A DNA stretch of 64,000 nt from Octopus vulgaris (GCA_951406725.2 OX597822.1:51088001-51152000), one strand, 5' to 3'; shown: positions 42,235 through 55,760, counted from the stretch's first letter. Program-made: numbers and translations. Notes: a model not told the origin generated them from the letters alone.

Positions 42235-43975
42235 GATAAAACCGTACTAAATTCCTCTACTTTCTCGAGCGTCAAACTATTACACGTGCGTGTTGTTCAT
42301 ACACCTGTCTTCGTCTTATATTTTTTCTGTAAATTTCAACTATATATTATACGCTCACGCGATCACCCCAGTTTTATCCTGCTTTAACGGCCTACTCTTT
42401 GGACTTAACATATCTCAACTACTGTCTGAACCTTCTGCACCTCTTTTCGTCTAAGTGTCAGCTCTCCACTTGGATTATCACTCGATATACTTTCACGGAT
42501 TTCACTGTTCTCTTCTGTTGATGAAGAATCGCTCGAATATACCCCGAGGTCTGAACTATATTGAACTTTTTGTTTTTCACACTCCTTACGTTGTTACTTT
42601 GCCTTTCTCTCTCTTTTTCTTCTGTTTTTCGACTTTTTCGTTTTTCTTCTCCTTTTCTCTCCTTTTCTTCTATTTGTATTCTTCTTTTCTCGACTTTTGA
42701 ATTTTTATTAACTCCATACTCTGAACGTTATTACTTTGCCATTCTCTCACATTTTCTTCTTTTTATCTTTTTTTCCTTTTTCTCCTTTTTCCTACATGCG
42801 CTATTACAAATCATTCATTCTCCGCCTTCACCACCGCTTAAAGAAACATCTTTCCACGTTTCCTTCCCGCTGCTTTCAACCTTCTATCAATATTTCCCAA
42901 TTGGTTATCAAAAATCACGCTTCTCTAGTCATATTTCCTTTCTCAGTCGCTGCTTCCACCACCACCTCCTACTGAAATGTTTCTGCCTTCATTTGTTCCC
43001 CACTTTCCACTCTGCTTCTGCCATCCCACCCATACTCTGTACTAATTACTACCTCCTTATGCGTACCATCATTTGTTCTAATGTCCCCAAAATATACACT
43101 CTCAACCACTTTCTCCCTCTTGCTAATTCCATCTTTTTCTCCTGTCTTTCACATTCCTTTGCACATCCCACTCCACGATTCATAATCCATTTAATTCACA
43201 TTTTCCACGAGATCCTCGCTCGCACTAAACAACACAAACTCCATTTACTCCTGCATTCTCTCTCACCAGATACCACCTGATCCCACTAATACTTCCCTAT
43301 CCTCTCTTCTCTTCCTCTGACACCTATTTCCTCTCTTGACTCCCACCCACCTCCTATCTTCATTGATACCAAGCCACTCCACCCTCATCCAACCAACACC
43401 CCACGTCCCCACATCACCACACCACACCCCACACCACCATACCACATCACCACATCACACTCCACACCACCAAACCACATCACACCAAACCACGCCACTT
43501 CACACACTAGCACTGACCACTTCGCAGCACCTACACTACACACCATCATCCGAACACCGACATACCTTCATCTGCATACCCATAATCCATTATCCACGCA
43601 CCCACATGCTACAGACGCACACAATTATACAGCCAAACATCCACAAATGTCAAAGTAACTAGCCCCTATCCACATACACATATTTCCTCATAAACACACG
43701 CACGTGCACCTTCGTTTCGGGATCACCAATACTTTTTTTCAACATACCATGTCAAAAATTTTTTTCAACCGGTTGCCATACTCGACCGCTAAATCTAGAA
43801 GTTTCTTTTTATTGTCCGTTTATTATCTCTTATTTCTTTCGGTTGAAGAGTGTAGGCTCGAAATGTAAAATAATTTGTCTACTTTACCGAGCGTACAAAC
43901 ACATGCGTGTTGTTCATACACCTGTCTTGTTTTTTTTGTTTTTGTTTATGTTCTTTAAATGTTCAACTATATAAA
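42235..43975 (+). mobile_element. Penelope-like element with direct pLTR copies and N-terminal ORF remnant
   Basis: pLTR segments at 42250-42345 and 43780-43975 (gcgtgttgttcatacacctgtctt...ttcaactata); internal KSRFSSHISFLSRCF peptide typical of the PLE N-terminus. Confidence 0.6.
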
Positions 43976-44104
43976 TTTATTATGGTGATGTACTTGCATA
44001 GCAAGATCGTGTGCTGAAACAAAGAGAATTCCAGCGTAGAAGGTGTTGATAAGCAATTTAAAACATAAAAAAACAGTTAAATTCACTTCAACATTTAAAT
44101 TTAA

Positions 44105-44155
44105 TTTGTCAAAATAGTTTCGTCGCTTTGAAACCACGACCTGTTCGCTGACAAA
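44105..44155 (-). ncRNA. Minimal type I hammerhead-like motif, G3:C8 core variant
   Basis: Minus strand tttgtca-GCGAACA-g-gtcgt...gcgac-GAAA-ctat-TT-tgacaaa; the adjacent inverted copy (44167-44187) reads GTGAA. Confidence 0.55.
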
Positions 44156-44331
44156 ATTTCGTGTTACACGAGATTTTGCCAGTGAAAATCGATTTGTAAA
44201 ACGAACAGATCATAAAACAAGCTCAGTCATAGAACAAATTAAATTCATACTGCGAGGTATTACTGTATACATTTATATGTGTGTGTGTACGCGCGTGTGT
44301 GTGTGGGCATGTGTGTACATATATATATATA

Positions 44332-44504
44332 TGTTTGTATATGTTTACGTAGGTATGTATGTATACACACACATATGTGCATATATATAAATATATATAT
44401 ATATACACACATACATAAGTATTCACATTTATATATATGTATACGTGTAAGATCATATATATGTGTTTGTATATGTTTACGTAGGTATGTATGTATACAC
44501 ACAC

Positions 44505-44549
<45 letters not shown>

Positions 44550-44594
44550 TACATAAGTATTCACATTTATATATATGTGTATACGTGTAAGATC
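44332..44594. repeat. Tandem duplication of a ~130-bp TA/CA-rich unit
   Basis: tgtttgtatatgtttacgtagg...tacgtgtaagatc occurs twice. Confidence 0.85.
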
Positions 44595-44974
44595 TCGACC
44601 AAATAATCGCAGTTTTACGTGTCATTGTGTTGTTTAACACACGATTATATATATAGATACACACATCTGCAAACATTGTCCAATAATTTCCATTATTCCT
44701 CCTCTCCCCATTTCCGTTTTCTCATTTCTTCTTTATTATATTCATTTAAACTTCATCTACCATAGCCAATACCATTTATTGCAGGAAGCTATAATCCCTA
44801 TGTATATCTACAAAATCTGAAGTTTGTATAAACAAATTTTCAAATAATTTCCAATATTTTCCTATACAAATTAAATGACTGCATCGATCCATGCTTCCAT
44901 CTTTCATCCACCCAACAAGCCAGCCTTCCATCCATCCAACAAAACACCTATCTTTATATCCGTCCATTTCTTTA

Positions 44975-45358
44975 GGAAGCACTCCGTCGGTTACGACGAT
45001 TAGGGTTCCGGTTGATCCATATCAACGGAACAGCCTGCTCGTGAAATTAACGTGTAAGTGGCTGAGCACTCCACAGACACGTGTATCCTTAACGTAGTTC
45101 TCGGGGATATTCAGCGTGACACAGAGAGTGACAAGGCCGGCCCTTTGAAATACAAGGTACAACAGAAACAGGAAGTAAGTGTGAGAGAAAGTTGTGGTGA
45201 AAGAGTACAGCAGAGATCACCACCATCCCTGCCGGAGCCTCGTGGAGCTTTAGGTGTTTTCGCTCAATAAACACTCACAACGCCCGGTCTGGGAATCGAA
45301 ACCACGATCCTATGACCGCGAGTCCGCTGCCCTAACCACTGGGCCATTGCGCCTCCAC
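44975..45358 (-). mobile_element. tRNA-derived SINE, family C, full length
   Basis: Minus-strand head ggaggcgcaaTGGCCCAGTGGttaggg...GGTTTCGATTCCcag with A and B boxes. Confidence 0.85.
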
Positions 45359-45403
45359 TGATCCGTCCATTAAACTATTCATAGGTATATACATACATAC
45401 ATA

Positions 45404-45482
<79 letters not shown>

Positions 45483-45486
<4 letters not shown>

Positions 45487-45658
45487 AGAGTTTACGAAAA
45501 AAACGAAAGACGAAGACAGGTGGTGTACAAATCAAACAGATGTATTAGTATAACGCTCAGGAATAGAAAAAGAATTTTACGTTTCGAGCCTATGCTCTTC
45601 TACTGAAAGGGACAGAGAAAAAACAAGGAGTGAAAAATGTGTGTAGTGGCTAACGATT
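45483..45658 (-). mobile_element. Solo pLTR-like element with HHR-like motif (45575-45609)
   Basis: Minus strand cttt-CAGTAGA-a-gagc atag gctc-GAAA-cg-TA-aaa; between (TA)n and (TCTA)n. Confidence 0.65.
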
Positions 45659-45659
45659 A

Positions 45660-45767
<108 letters not shown>

Positions 45768-45937
45768 CATAGTGAAAGAGCGAGATTTTAGTGCGTTGAC
45801 ACTCCTCAAAGTGCCAATGCATAAAACTCTGAACCCTTGAGTCATGCTAATGTTTCTTCTAAATATCAAAATAAAATACTTTACATATAAAATACTTGTC
45901 ATATTTCAAGTCCTATTTTCTCATTCGAATCGGGAAA

Positions 45938-45999
<62 letters not shown>

Positions 46000-46407
46000 A
46001 GTGTGTGTGTGTGTTAAATGTGGGTGTGTTAGTATACGTGAATGCATGTACATACGTATGTGTATCTAAAATTAGGAAATAGAGTAGATGAAATCCAGTC
46101 TACGTATGTTCCATAGCTAGCGAAATCTCGGACATAGTAATCATCCAAAAGAAGGTTAGACCGCAAAGTACTCTTCAGACCAGGATACTTTGATTACATG
46201 ACGTTTGTCGCAGGGGATTGCATTGAAAAGCGTGGAAAGCATAGACAGTATGAATAAATAAATGAATAGCAATTAAAAGGGTGAATGGGTAACATTCAGG
46301 TATTATGACTCTCCCCAGACACAACAAAATTTGTTTCAACGCACAATTTCCCATACGGAAATCTTGCAACCCAAGCGCAAAATCGATATATATTTATACA
46401 TACAAAG

Positions 46408-46488
<81 letters not shown>

Positions 46489-46557
46489 CATACAAAGAAA
46501 TATATATATATATATATATACATACAAAGAAATATATATATACATGCATACAAAGAA

Positions 46558-46594
<37 letters not shown>

Positions 46595-46902
46595 TACACA
46601 TACATACAGACACATTCTGTGTCGCGACCCAATATCAAGGAAATTTTACGCTCGACCGTTCTCAGAAAAGTATTTGAAGTGTGTGTCTTTGTTCGTGCGT
46701 GTGTGTATGTGTGAGTGTATGTGTGTGTGTGTGTGTGTGTGTGTAAAGTAAAATCAGATCTAGTGTAACAAATAATATCAAATATTATTAACCACATAAA
46801 TTCGACATATGTTCTTTGGGTTTTTTTTCTAGAGTGAATATAATGCACCACATTAATGCACCCACAAGAAAATACAGAAAGCAGATATGTTAAGTATATG
46901 TG

Positions 46903-47001
<99 letters not shown>

Positions 47002-47134
47002 AAGAAGAAGAAGAAATATATAAATATGTGTGTGTAATATATATATATATATATATATGTATATATTTATATATATATATACATACATACATATATATAT
47101 TTATTTATTTATTCATATATACATACATATATAT

Positions 47135-47533
47135 TTTTTTTTTCTAGTTTCAGCTCAGAGCTGTGGCCATGCTCATGCACCGCCGTTTTGTGTAACACTG
47201 TTATTACGACGAACCTCGTCTAATATGTGGCAATGGTGAAGAATGGAGTTTGATATAGCTACTCTCATTTGCACCTCTTGCCGTGAGGTAGGTTCATCTG
47301 CGACTCTTGACAGGAAGATGTCCAGCTTTGATTTAAAAACCGCTACATCTATTTTGTGCAAGTTCCTCAGACTCTTTGGGAGAATATTAAAAAGTTGTGG
47401 GCCCTTCAGAAGCTGGTCCTGAAGCGTGATGGCATTGCTGGGATATTTGGCAATATGTAGTGTCGTCCCGTTCTAGCATTGGTGTAGCTTACAATGCCAA
47501 AATTTCGCACAATTCCTTCCAGGATCTTCCAGA
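47135..47533 (-). mobile_element. CR1-like LINE 3' end
   Basis: [12 protein letters not shown]...PQLFNILPKSLRNLH...FKSKLDIFLSRVADEP; 3' UTR stem-loop and A tail. Confidence 0.85.
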
Positions 47534-47538
47534 CACAG

Positions 47539-48074
<536 letters not shown>

Positions 48075-48078
<4 letters not shown>

Positions 48079-48693
48079 ACAATAAAGGAACGGCCATAAT
48101 AGGCCATTCACCTACTAGAAATAACAGCCAAAGCTTCAACCGCAAATAAAAGTTAATTCAGTAAACCAGGAGAAAATTTAAAAACATTTACCCTGTAATT
48201 TCTTATACGATATACCGTTTCATCTGCTGATTAATGGTAAACTAACCTGATTAAATCTAAATCAAGCCAATCTTCCACAGGCCCTCAGATTCCTCAGTAA
48301 GAAATAGCCCAAGACGGAACAGATATTTTCACGAGGCATTTCCGACGTTGCCAAGTTTATATCTGACCTAAAATTTTCAAATCGTCGCATTCGCGCCAAA
48401 TTTATCGGCAGCAAATAAATATAAGCCGTCGATTCCATTACGGAATTAACCAGAAAATTCATAATTAATCAATATAGGGTGGCAAAAAAAATTATTTTGT
48501 AGAATTCTTTTGCCACCAGCGGCCTAGTAGGAAAAAATTAAAATAGTCATAGACCATTTTTAAGTTCAACATCAACAATAAAGGAACGGCCATAATAGGC
48601 CATTCACCTACTAGAAATAACAGCCAAAGCTTCAACCGCAAATAAAAGTTAATTCAGTAAACCAGGAGAAAATTTAAAAACATTTACCCTGTA
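48075..48693 (-). mobile_element. Retrozyme-like non-coding retroelement: 496-bp unit plus 123-bp perfect terminal repeat
   Basis: 48075-48197 is identical to 48571-48693; internal HHR; 3' end runs into (TA)n; no ORF. Confidence 0.75.
48198..48305 (-). ncRNA. Type I hammerhead ribozyme with extended helix II
   Basis: Minus strand atttctta-CTGAGGA-atctg(...)cagat-GAAA-cggtatatcg-TA-taagaaat; 8-bp helix I, intact core, GUA site. Confidence 0.85.
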
Positions 48694-48954
48694 CATTTAC
48701 AGGGTAAAACACCGAAAAACCATCACCGCAGATTACTGTTTAATGCTCAGTGGGGACATTATCTGCCTTGTACGAGGTATAAGGACACAGTTGTGCGTCG
48801 ATAACCAGGTGGAAAGATATTTTCCTTGGACTAAAAAGGTAGTAACTTCGTTCCAATGTCGACTGCCACTTTACGTTGGCGAATAGAGTTTACTTTCCCT
48901 CTCTCTGTTTCTCTCCCCCTCTCTCTCTCCCTCTCTCTCTCTCTATATATATAT

Positions 48955-49110
48955 ATACAACATTTAGAGGACTGATCACTAAAAGTCGACAGCCTGTATG
49001 CTCGATATTGACGTAAAGTCGCCATTTTCCATGAAGAAAATGGCGACTTGACGTCTATATCTAACATACAGGATGTCCACTTTTAGTGGTCAGTCCTCTA
49101 AATGTTGTAT
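48955..49110. repeat. Foldback inverted repeat, 75-bp arms, 6-nt loop
   Basis: 48955-49029 versus 49036-49110: 7 substitutions, no indels; abuts (TA)n. Confidence 0.95.
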
Positions 49111-49350
49111 GTAAAAAAATTTTAACATTCGGAATTTTTAAAAACAGGCTAGGCCACTGGTTATAATTGATGAATATCAATTTCTACCTTTTTTAATTTT
49201 ATATATGTATGTATGTATGTATACTTGTATATATACACATATACATTTATTTGTATATTTATATACATATATATCATATTAAATCATCATTATGGTAATT
49301 TTAGTATGCTGGATAAATCAGATAAATTTTATCCTAAATAATGATTTTAT

Positions 49351-49429
<79 letters not shown>

Positions 49430-51463
49430 TGTGTATATTTGGGCTGCAGTTTTTTGTAGTTCTTGAAGGTATCGGCACTTCAAGCATCCTGAAGAAAGGT
49501 CGTTTTCGCCCGAGCTCGCATGATATAACACACACGCACACATACACACACACACAAACGCATGTATATATATATATATATATATAGTCTCACAATGCAT
49601 AAGTGAAATATATAAATACGTGTTTGTGTGTGTGTTTGTGTGTGAGTGTGTGTGTACAAGTATGTATGTGTGTGCCTAATTTTGATACACTTGCATCAGC
49701 TATTGTGTGAAAACTCTACTAAATGCGATCATGGTCTATTTAATTTACTAGATTCACAATCGATCGACATGTTTTTCACTTCTTTGTTGACTATTTTTAT
49801 TTGCATTTGTGTTATATTTGAGTATATGTGTTCATGCTGAAACCAATTGTAATTTTCGCCTTCGATGTGATATTTAATAGAATTTATGTTGATCGTGAAA
49901 AAATTTTTGTTGTATTTAGCTCGACATTGTCTTATGGTTTTATACTTATAATCACACATATACCCACACACGTACACACGTTTTTGCGTGCTTGTGTGTG
50001 TGTGTGTTTCTGAGGGAGAGAGAGTGTGTACGTGTGGGTGTATATATATATATATATATATATATATCATACACACTCACACACATGCGCACATACGTAC
50101 ACAAATACACCTTTCACACACATATTTTATTCAGTGTACAAAATACATCTTTCATATTACTGTTTACATAGTTTTATAAGCGAAACTATGTAAATATTTG
50201 AATGTGTTATTTCTAAAAATCATACGATTTTAATATTTACTCTACATTTGTATTTGTTTCGGACGGTTTACTGAGATGTTAATCATTGTATGTTAAGATA
50301 TGAATTGTTGACTCTTTGAAGCTGATATTTTGGTTTCAATTGCGTTATTTATCACAGATCTACCTTGAAAATATCATTACCTTATATGTATTAGCTTTCA
50401 ACGTATGTAGTAAGATGTAACTAGTAATCTGTGGTTGGGCTGTTACGTCTATAACGATTTTTTTGTTCTAAATACTGAATCATTTTCGAGCGAATTTAAT
50501 ACTTGTGATTTGGATCTGATTAACCAAGATATTTAGCATACTGATTACGATGTGAGAGTAACATTTCGTATGGTCATTACCTTAGAAATAGTTCCTGAAT
50601 TTTCAAGAAAATTTATCTGTAGTAACCAATTGTTATTTATATTTTCCATATAGACCAGCAGTGATCTATACCTACTTACTTGATTCTTATGAAGAGCGTA
50701 AGTGGATCATTAGCTTTCATGAATTTATATACAATTCATAATATATTGTGCATGCTAGATCTCCAGATAAAAAGAACACGCTTAATAGTACTGTTAGAGA
50801 ATAATGATCAGTGTAAGATATATCATGGATGGTGAGATTTCAATTTTAAAATCTATGCCTTTCTATACGATTTATATTTTTATTCACATAGGAGATGAAG
50901 GTACAGAAAAGTAAATTTCAAGAGTTATGCATTATCATATATTTTCTATTCATGCCGCCAACTCTGACGGTGAGTATATATATTCGTGGCGATTTCTCTT
51001 AATCTACATAAAATGCAGAGTTCTATATTATTATAAGTATTATTATATATTATACAAACTTACTATTGCAAAATTTTAGCATTTGCAATAACAAACTCTA
51101 GTACAGACGTCTCTGATTTCATTTCGCATATGTGATCACAGCTAAACTCCGCAACAACAACTGAAAACTTCCAACAATACAATATTCTTACAAACTCCGG
51201 AAATGAAAAATCTGGTTATAAGTTTATATGAAACAGTAAACGCCAGCTTATATCAATTATGAATCATTATTTCAAACGTCGTTTAAAACTGTTTGTACTT
51301 GGTATATATGCATACATGTATGTGTGTATGCATTTATATATGGTTATATCTATATACGGGTAATATGTGTATAGTATGCAAAGATAAAATGCATGCATGT
51401 ATATATATATATACATACATAGGGGCCTGAACAGAAAGAATACAAGGATATATGGATGCATGT

Positions 51464-51505
<42 letters not shown>

Positions 51506-51849
51506 GTATATACATGCATCTATGTATTTATGTATGTATGTATCTATGCTAGTATGTTTGTGGTAAATTTCTAGAGGCATGGTTAGAAAGAAAAATGGAA
51601 GACGGAAATAAATAAAGAAACAAAGAAAGCTAAGGGAAAGGCAAAAGGTCAGAAAGAAGGGAAAGAAAGAATGAAGGAAATGACGGCAAAAGAGAGTAAA
51701 GCGCATTTATCCAGAAAGTCGAAATTGTATTGTATTCTTAATGACGATTTGTCATGCTACGAAGCCAGAAAAAGGGATCACTTTCTGTGATGGTTGAAGT
51801 TGATGACAATTCAAGATGTCAATTTTGGTTTAGTCATGGTTTATATATA

Positions 51850-52275
51850 TCTTTCTCTCTTTTCTCTCTTTTACTTGTTTCAGTCATTTGACTGCGGCCA
51901 TGCTGGAGCACCGCCTTTAGTCGAGAAAATCGACCCCGGGACTTATTCTTTGTAAGTATATATATATATATATATTCTTTTGGTCTCTTTTGCCGAACTG
52001 CTAAGTGATGGGGACGTAAACACACCAGCATCGGTTGTCAAGCAATGCTTGAGGGACAAACACAGACACACAAACATATACACACGCATACATATATATA
52101 TATATACATATATACGACAGGCTTCTTTCAGTTTCCGTCTACCAAATCCACTCACAAGGCTTTGGTCGACCCGATCCCATAGCAGAAGACACTTGCTCAA
52201 GATGCAACGCAGTGGGACTGAATCCGGAACCATGTGGCTGGTTACCAAGCTACTAACCACACAGCCACTCCTGCG

Positions 52276-52280
<5 letters not shown>
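51850..52280 (-). mobile_element. SINE family A, full length
   Basis: Head ataggcgcaggagtggctgtgtgg... on the minus strand; tail as in the other copies; extra internal (TA)n. Confidence 0.9.
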
Positions 52281-52339
<59 letters not shown>

Positions 52340-53802
52340 CATACATATTTATACACACATATATAGATAGCAAAAGAATATTCTCTTCCTCATTCGACTC
52401 CAGATTTTACAATTAGCATATACAAAAGGGATGCATTTCTCTAAAGATATCAGTTTTGATGATTCACCGAAACGAAATGAGGAGGCAAAGTAAATAATTA
52501 TCCAAAACTTTGATTACCTCTCTTTTTTTCTCAATATATAAATCATTTACACCTCTTCTAACAAACTATATATTTTATAATTTTATATGTGTGCGTGTGT
52601 GTTTGTAATTGCTTATTAAGGTCAAATATGTATTTAACTTTTGTTTCTAGATATATTTTAATATAATGAACCTGGCATTTAATTATGCTGAGCTAGTAAC
52701 TTTGTGGAAAATTCACTCGTTTAATGTCATTAATGAAATGGTCTTTCAACGAGTAATATTGCAACTAATTCATGTTTGTCACCCTTAGATTCAAAATTAG
52801 TCATTTTTTTCAAAATATATCAACTTTCACTTGAAAGTTTCAGTGCAAGAAACTGGTAAAAGTTTCTGTATATTAGTATCTTAATGCAGAATTCTTAAAA
52901 GTGCAAAAGGTAATTTTGAGAAGACAAAAATTCAAACTGAAGCAAATGTGATAATTTCCAGTGTTGTCAATACGCGAACATATTTCAGTGAAGTGGTGAT
53001 TACGACTTGCTTAAAATAAACAGCATGTTTAAAGACATTTAATGGAGTTTTAAAGCTTTTAGTTTAAGGTGAGCACATTTTGTAGAGGTTATTGTAAACC
53101 TATTGAAACTTTTGAGATTGACTCCAGTTCATAACGTAGACAGTCTGATACTTGAACATATTCCAGTTCATGCAGGTTTTACTTTTTAAGTGGTTTATAC
53201 ACAAGGGATTAGCTCTTTCAGAATAATACACACACAAAAATTACTCTTATATAAGTATATATTTAAGTAAATTTACACATGTGCATTAATGTTTCCTGCT
53301 AGCATTTATAGCTCATTTAGGAGAAACATCAGCATCAGTACGACTACCAATAGTAGTAGTAATAATAATAGTATTAGCTCTTTTTGGTTTTCTTTGAACG
53401 CCATTATTTATCTTATATCCATCAATTGCCATAATTTACAATATGGGAATAAACTTACTTGCAGTGAACTACTAATCCTTTATAAAATATTCTGTGCCAT
53501 CAAAACATTCAGCTTATAGACTAAATGGTATCACAAATAACGTTTAATACATTACGTTTTTTTAAGTACTATTTTTTAAAGTATGATGTATTCTCACATT
53601 TACATAGATATATGTGTATGAGATATAAAGCATTTCGGTGATATAAACAGTTTGCTATTTAGACACATGCATACATAGACACAGAAATGCACAGACATAC
53701 ACAGACACATCACACACAGGCACATACACGCACACACACGTATGCAACCGCGCGCATTTGCACACGCTGGCGCGCGCACAGACGTTGATGAGCACACACG
53801 CA

Positions 53803-53871
53803 CACGGGCATGTGGCATAGTCGTTAAGACCGTGGGCTACTAACCCCAAGATTCCGAGTTCGATTCCAAGC
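53803..53871 (+). mobile_element. tRNA-like SINE head, truncated at (TAA)n
   Basis: TGGCATAGTCG A-box and GAGTTCGATTCC B-box; no complete cloverleaf. Confidence 0.55.
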
Positions 53872-53927
53872 ATAATAATGATAATAATAATAGCAACAGC
53901 AGCAACAGCAACAACAACAACAATAAC

Positions 53928-53966
<39 letters not shown>

Positions 53967-54025
53967 AATGATAATAATAATAATGATAATAATAATGATA
54001 ATGATAATAATAATAATGATAATAA

Positions 54026-54180
54026 CATTGAAAAATACCTTAGGAATGGAACACATCTTTGAAATTTCCCCAAGATACCTGATGAATTCCTGGAGGGTGT
54101 ATCAGCCGAAACGTTGTTTTAACAACGAACAAGATGAGGATAAAATTTGTCAAGTGTAAATAATATAAATGACGTACATA
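54026..54180 (+). mobile_element. Second copy of the HHR-bearing element (HHR-like motif at 54074-54120)
   Basis: gatac-CTGATGA-...cagcc-GAAA-cg-TT-gtttt; homologous to 27205-27390; follows (TAA)n. Confidence 0.65.
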
Positions 54181-54609
54181 CCTTCAGTATGGACAATGCT
54201 CACTTCTAGTGGCTATCTTCAATGCCTTTCCATTCATAAAACATCTTGATATATATCATTTATGCTTAATGCTGTCATCTGAGAAGAATGCATCTATCTG
54301 AAGAATTTTTATAAGACGGAAATATGTAGATTATTTACATTATTTAGCGCCAGAGAACAAATTATTTGCTAACTATCGTAACCTCATTGTGTCAAACACT
54401 TTATGAAATAAATTTGTAGCTGATATCTCACTTGCTTCTATTTTAAATGACTGAGATGATAATTCATAAGTATTGTGGGTATTATATAGGCACGCAATAT
54501 CAATTATAGACCACATGTAGTTTAACTTAGCAAACAGATTTAGGTCAGTCTTGTTGTACTCCGGTTCCTGGTCTGTCTGGGAAAACCCACAGGATTTTGT
54601 AAGGACCTC

Positions 54610-54680
<71 letters not shown>

Positions 54681-54683
<3 letters not shown>

Positions 54684-55372
54684 TAGTTTTATTTTTATTT
54701 TTATAGCGTGCTTTCACTTCACTACCGAGCGCAGCTCTGTGTGCCTTCGGTATGTGCTGTGATTTGTTGTGATGCTCTGATGGTTATTGTATGGAAAGTG
54801 TTCTGCGTAGGATGTGTGCAGTGCCTAGTAGTGCAATTTTCTGTATGTTATATGTGTTTGTAAGTCCTGGTGTTTTTGTTATGTATTTGTCTGAATATTT
54901 TTTTATCATGCCTAATGCACCTACTATGATAGGAATTGTTTCTGTTTTCAGATTCCACATTCTAGTTACCTCTATTTCCAGGTCTTTGTATTTTGAGAGT
55001 TTCTCCATTTCTTTTAGAGACACGTTGTCATCTGCCGGTACTGATACATCAATTAGAAAGCATTTTTTTCTTCATGGTCTCTGACAACTATATCTGGTCT
55101 GTTGGCCTTAATTTCTCTATCTGTGTGTATCGGCATATCCCAGAGTATGGTTGCTTTCTCGTTTTCTGTGACATTTTCTGGTGTGTGCCTATACCATCTT
55201 TTTTCTGTTGTTATTCCATAATGTTGGCATAGCTTCCAATGTATGTAAGTTCCAACTCTGTCATGTCTGTGAATATATTCCTTCTTAGCCAGGACTGGGC
55301 AGCTAGAGATAATATGATTTATTGTTTCTTGTCCATCTCCACATATTCTGCAGTTACTTGTAACTTGTAACA
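54681..55372 (-). mobile_element. R4/Dong-clade 3' fragment (CCHC finger plus RLE), young
   Basis: CRICGDGQETINHIISSCPVLAKKEYIHRHD...ILWD...KANRPDIVV...EKLSKYKDL; (TTA)n on both sides. Confidence 0.9.
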
Positions 55373-55376
55373 TCAA

Positions 55377-55427
<51 letters not shown>

Positions 55428-55446
55428 TATTATTATTATTATTATT

Positions 55447-55760
55447 GAGTGGAAGAGCAGTGCATGCCATCAAATTGAAACTGGGATAAAATATACGAAA
55501 GTATTCCTTTCAACACACGGTTATGGTTCCCCCCCGCACTACTTCTCCTCGTGGTCAGAGATGCACATATCGTCAGCCACTAAGGGACATGCTCAACTGG
55601 TTATGGTCAAACATTTCACAAGCAAATCTGTGGTATTGAGCAGATTATTTGCTGTAGCTCATCTTTTTATACCAAGACAAAATAATGTACATGATAACAC
55701 TTCCAATCAGTTAAGATCAGAGGCCATGAGAGCCACTGTCTGGTATTGCATCAGGGCTAT
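55447..55760. repeat. Interspersed non-coding repeat in (TAA)n
   Basis: Shares its start with 26985-27148; flanked by (TTA)n. Confidence 0.55.

Noticed and set aside
42561-43662. 239-aa and 108-aa ORFs as host genes
   Set aside because: Low-complexity sequence lying between pLTR copies; better explained as a decayed PLE 5' region.
45280-45358. tRNA gene
   Set aside because: A and B boxes are present, but the sequence continues into a SINE body with no proper acceptor stem. The same applies to 53803-53871.
46395-46580. catacaaagaaa motif repeated four times between (TA)n runs as a spacer-repeat system
   Set aside because: Consistent with slippage or unequal exchange in a compound microsatellite.
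49700-53600. Host exons in the long unique AT-rich stretches
   Set aside because: No ORF with recognisable protein motifs or convincing splice context; short exons cannot be excluded without RNA-seq.
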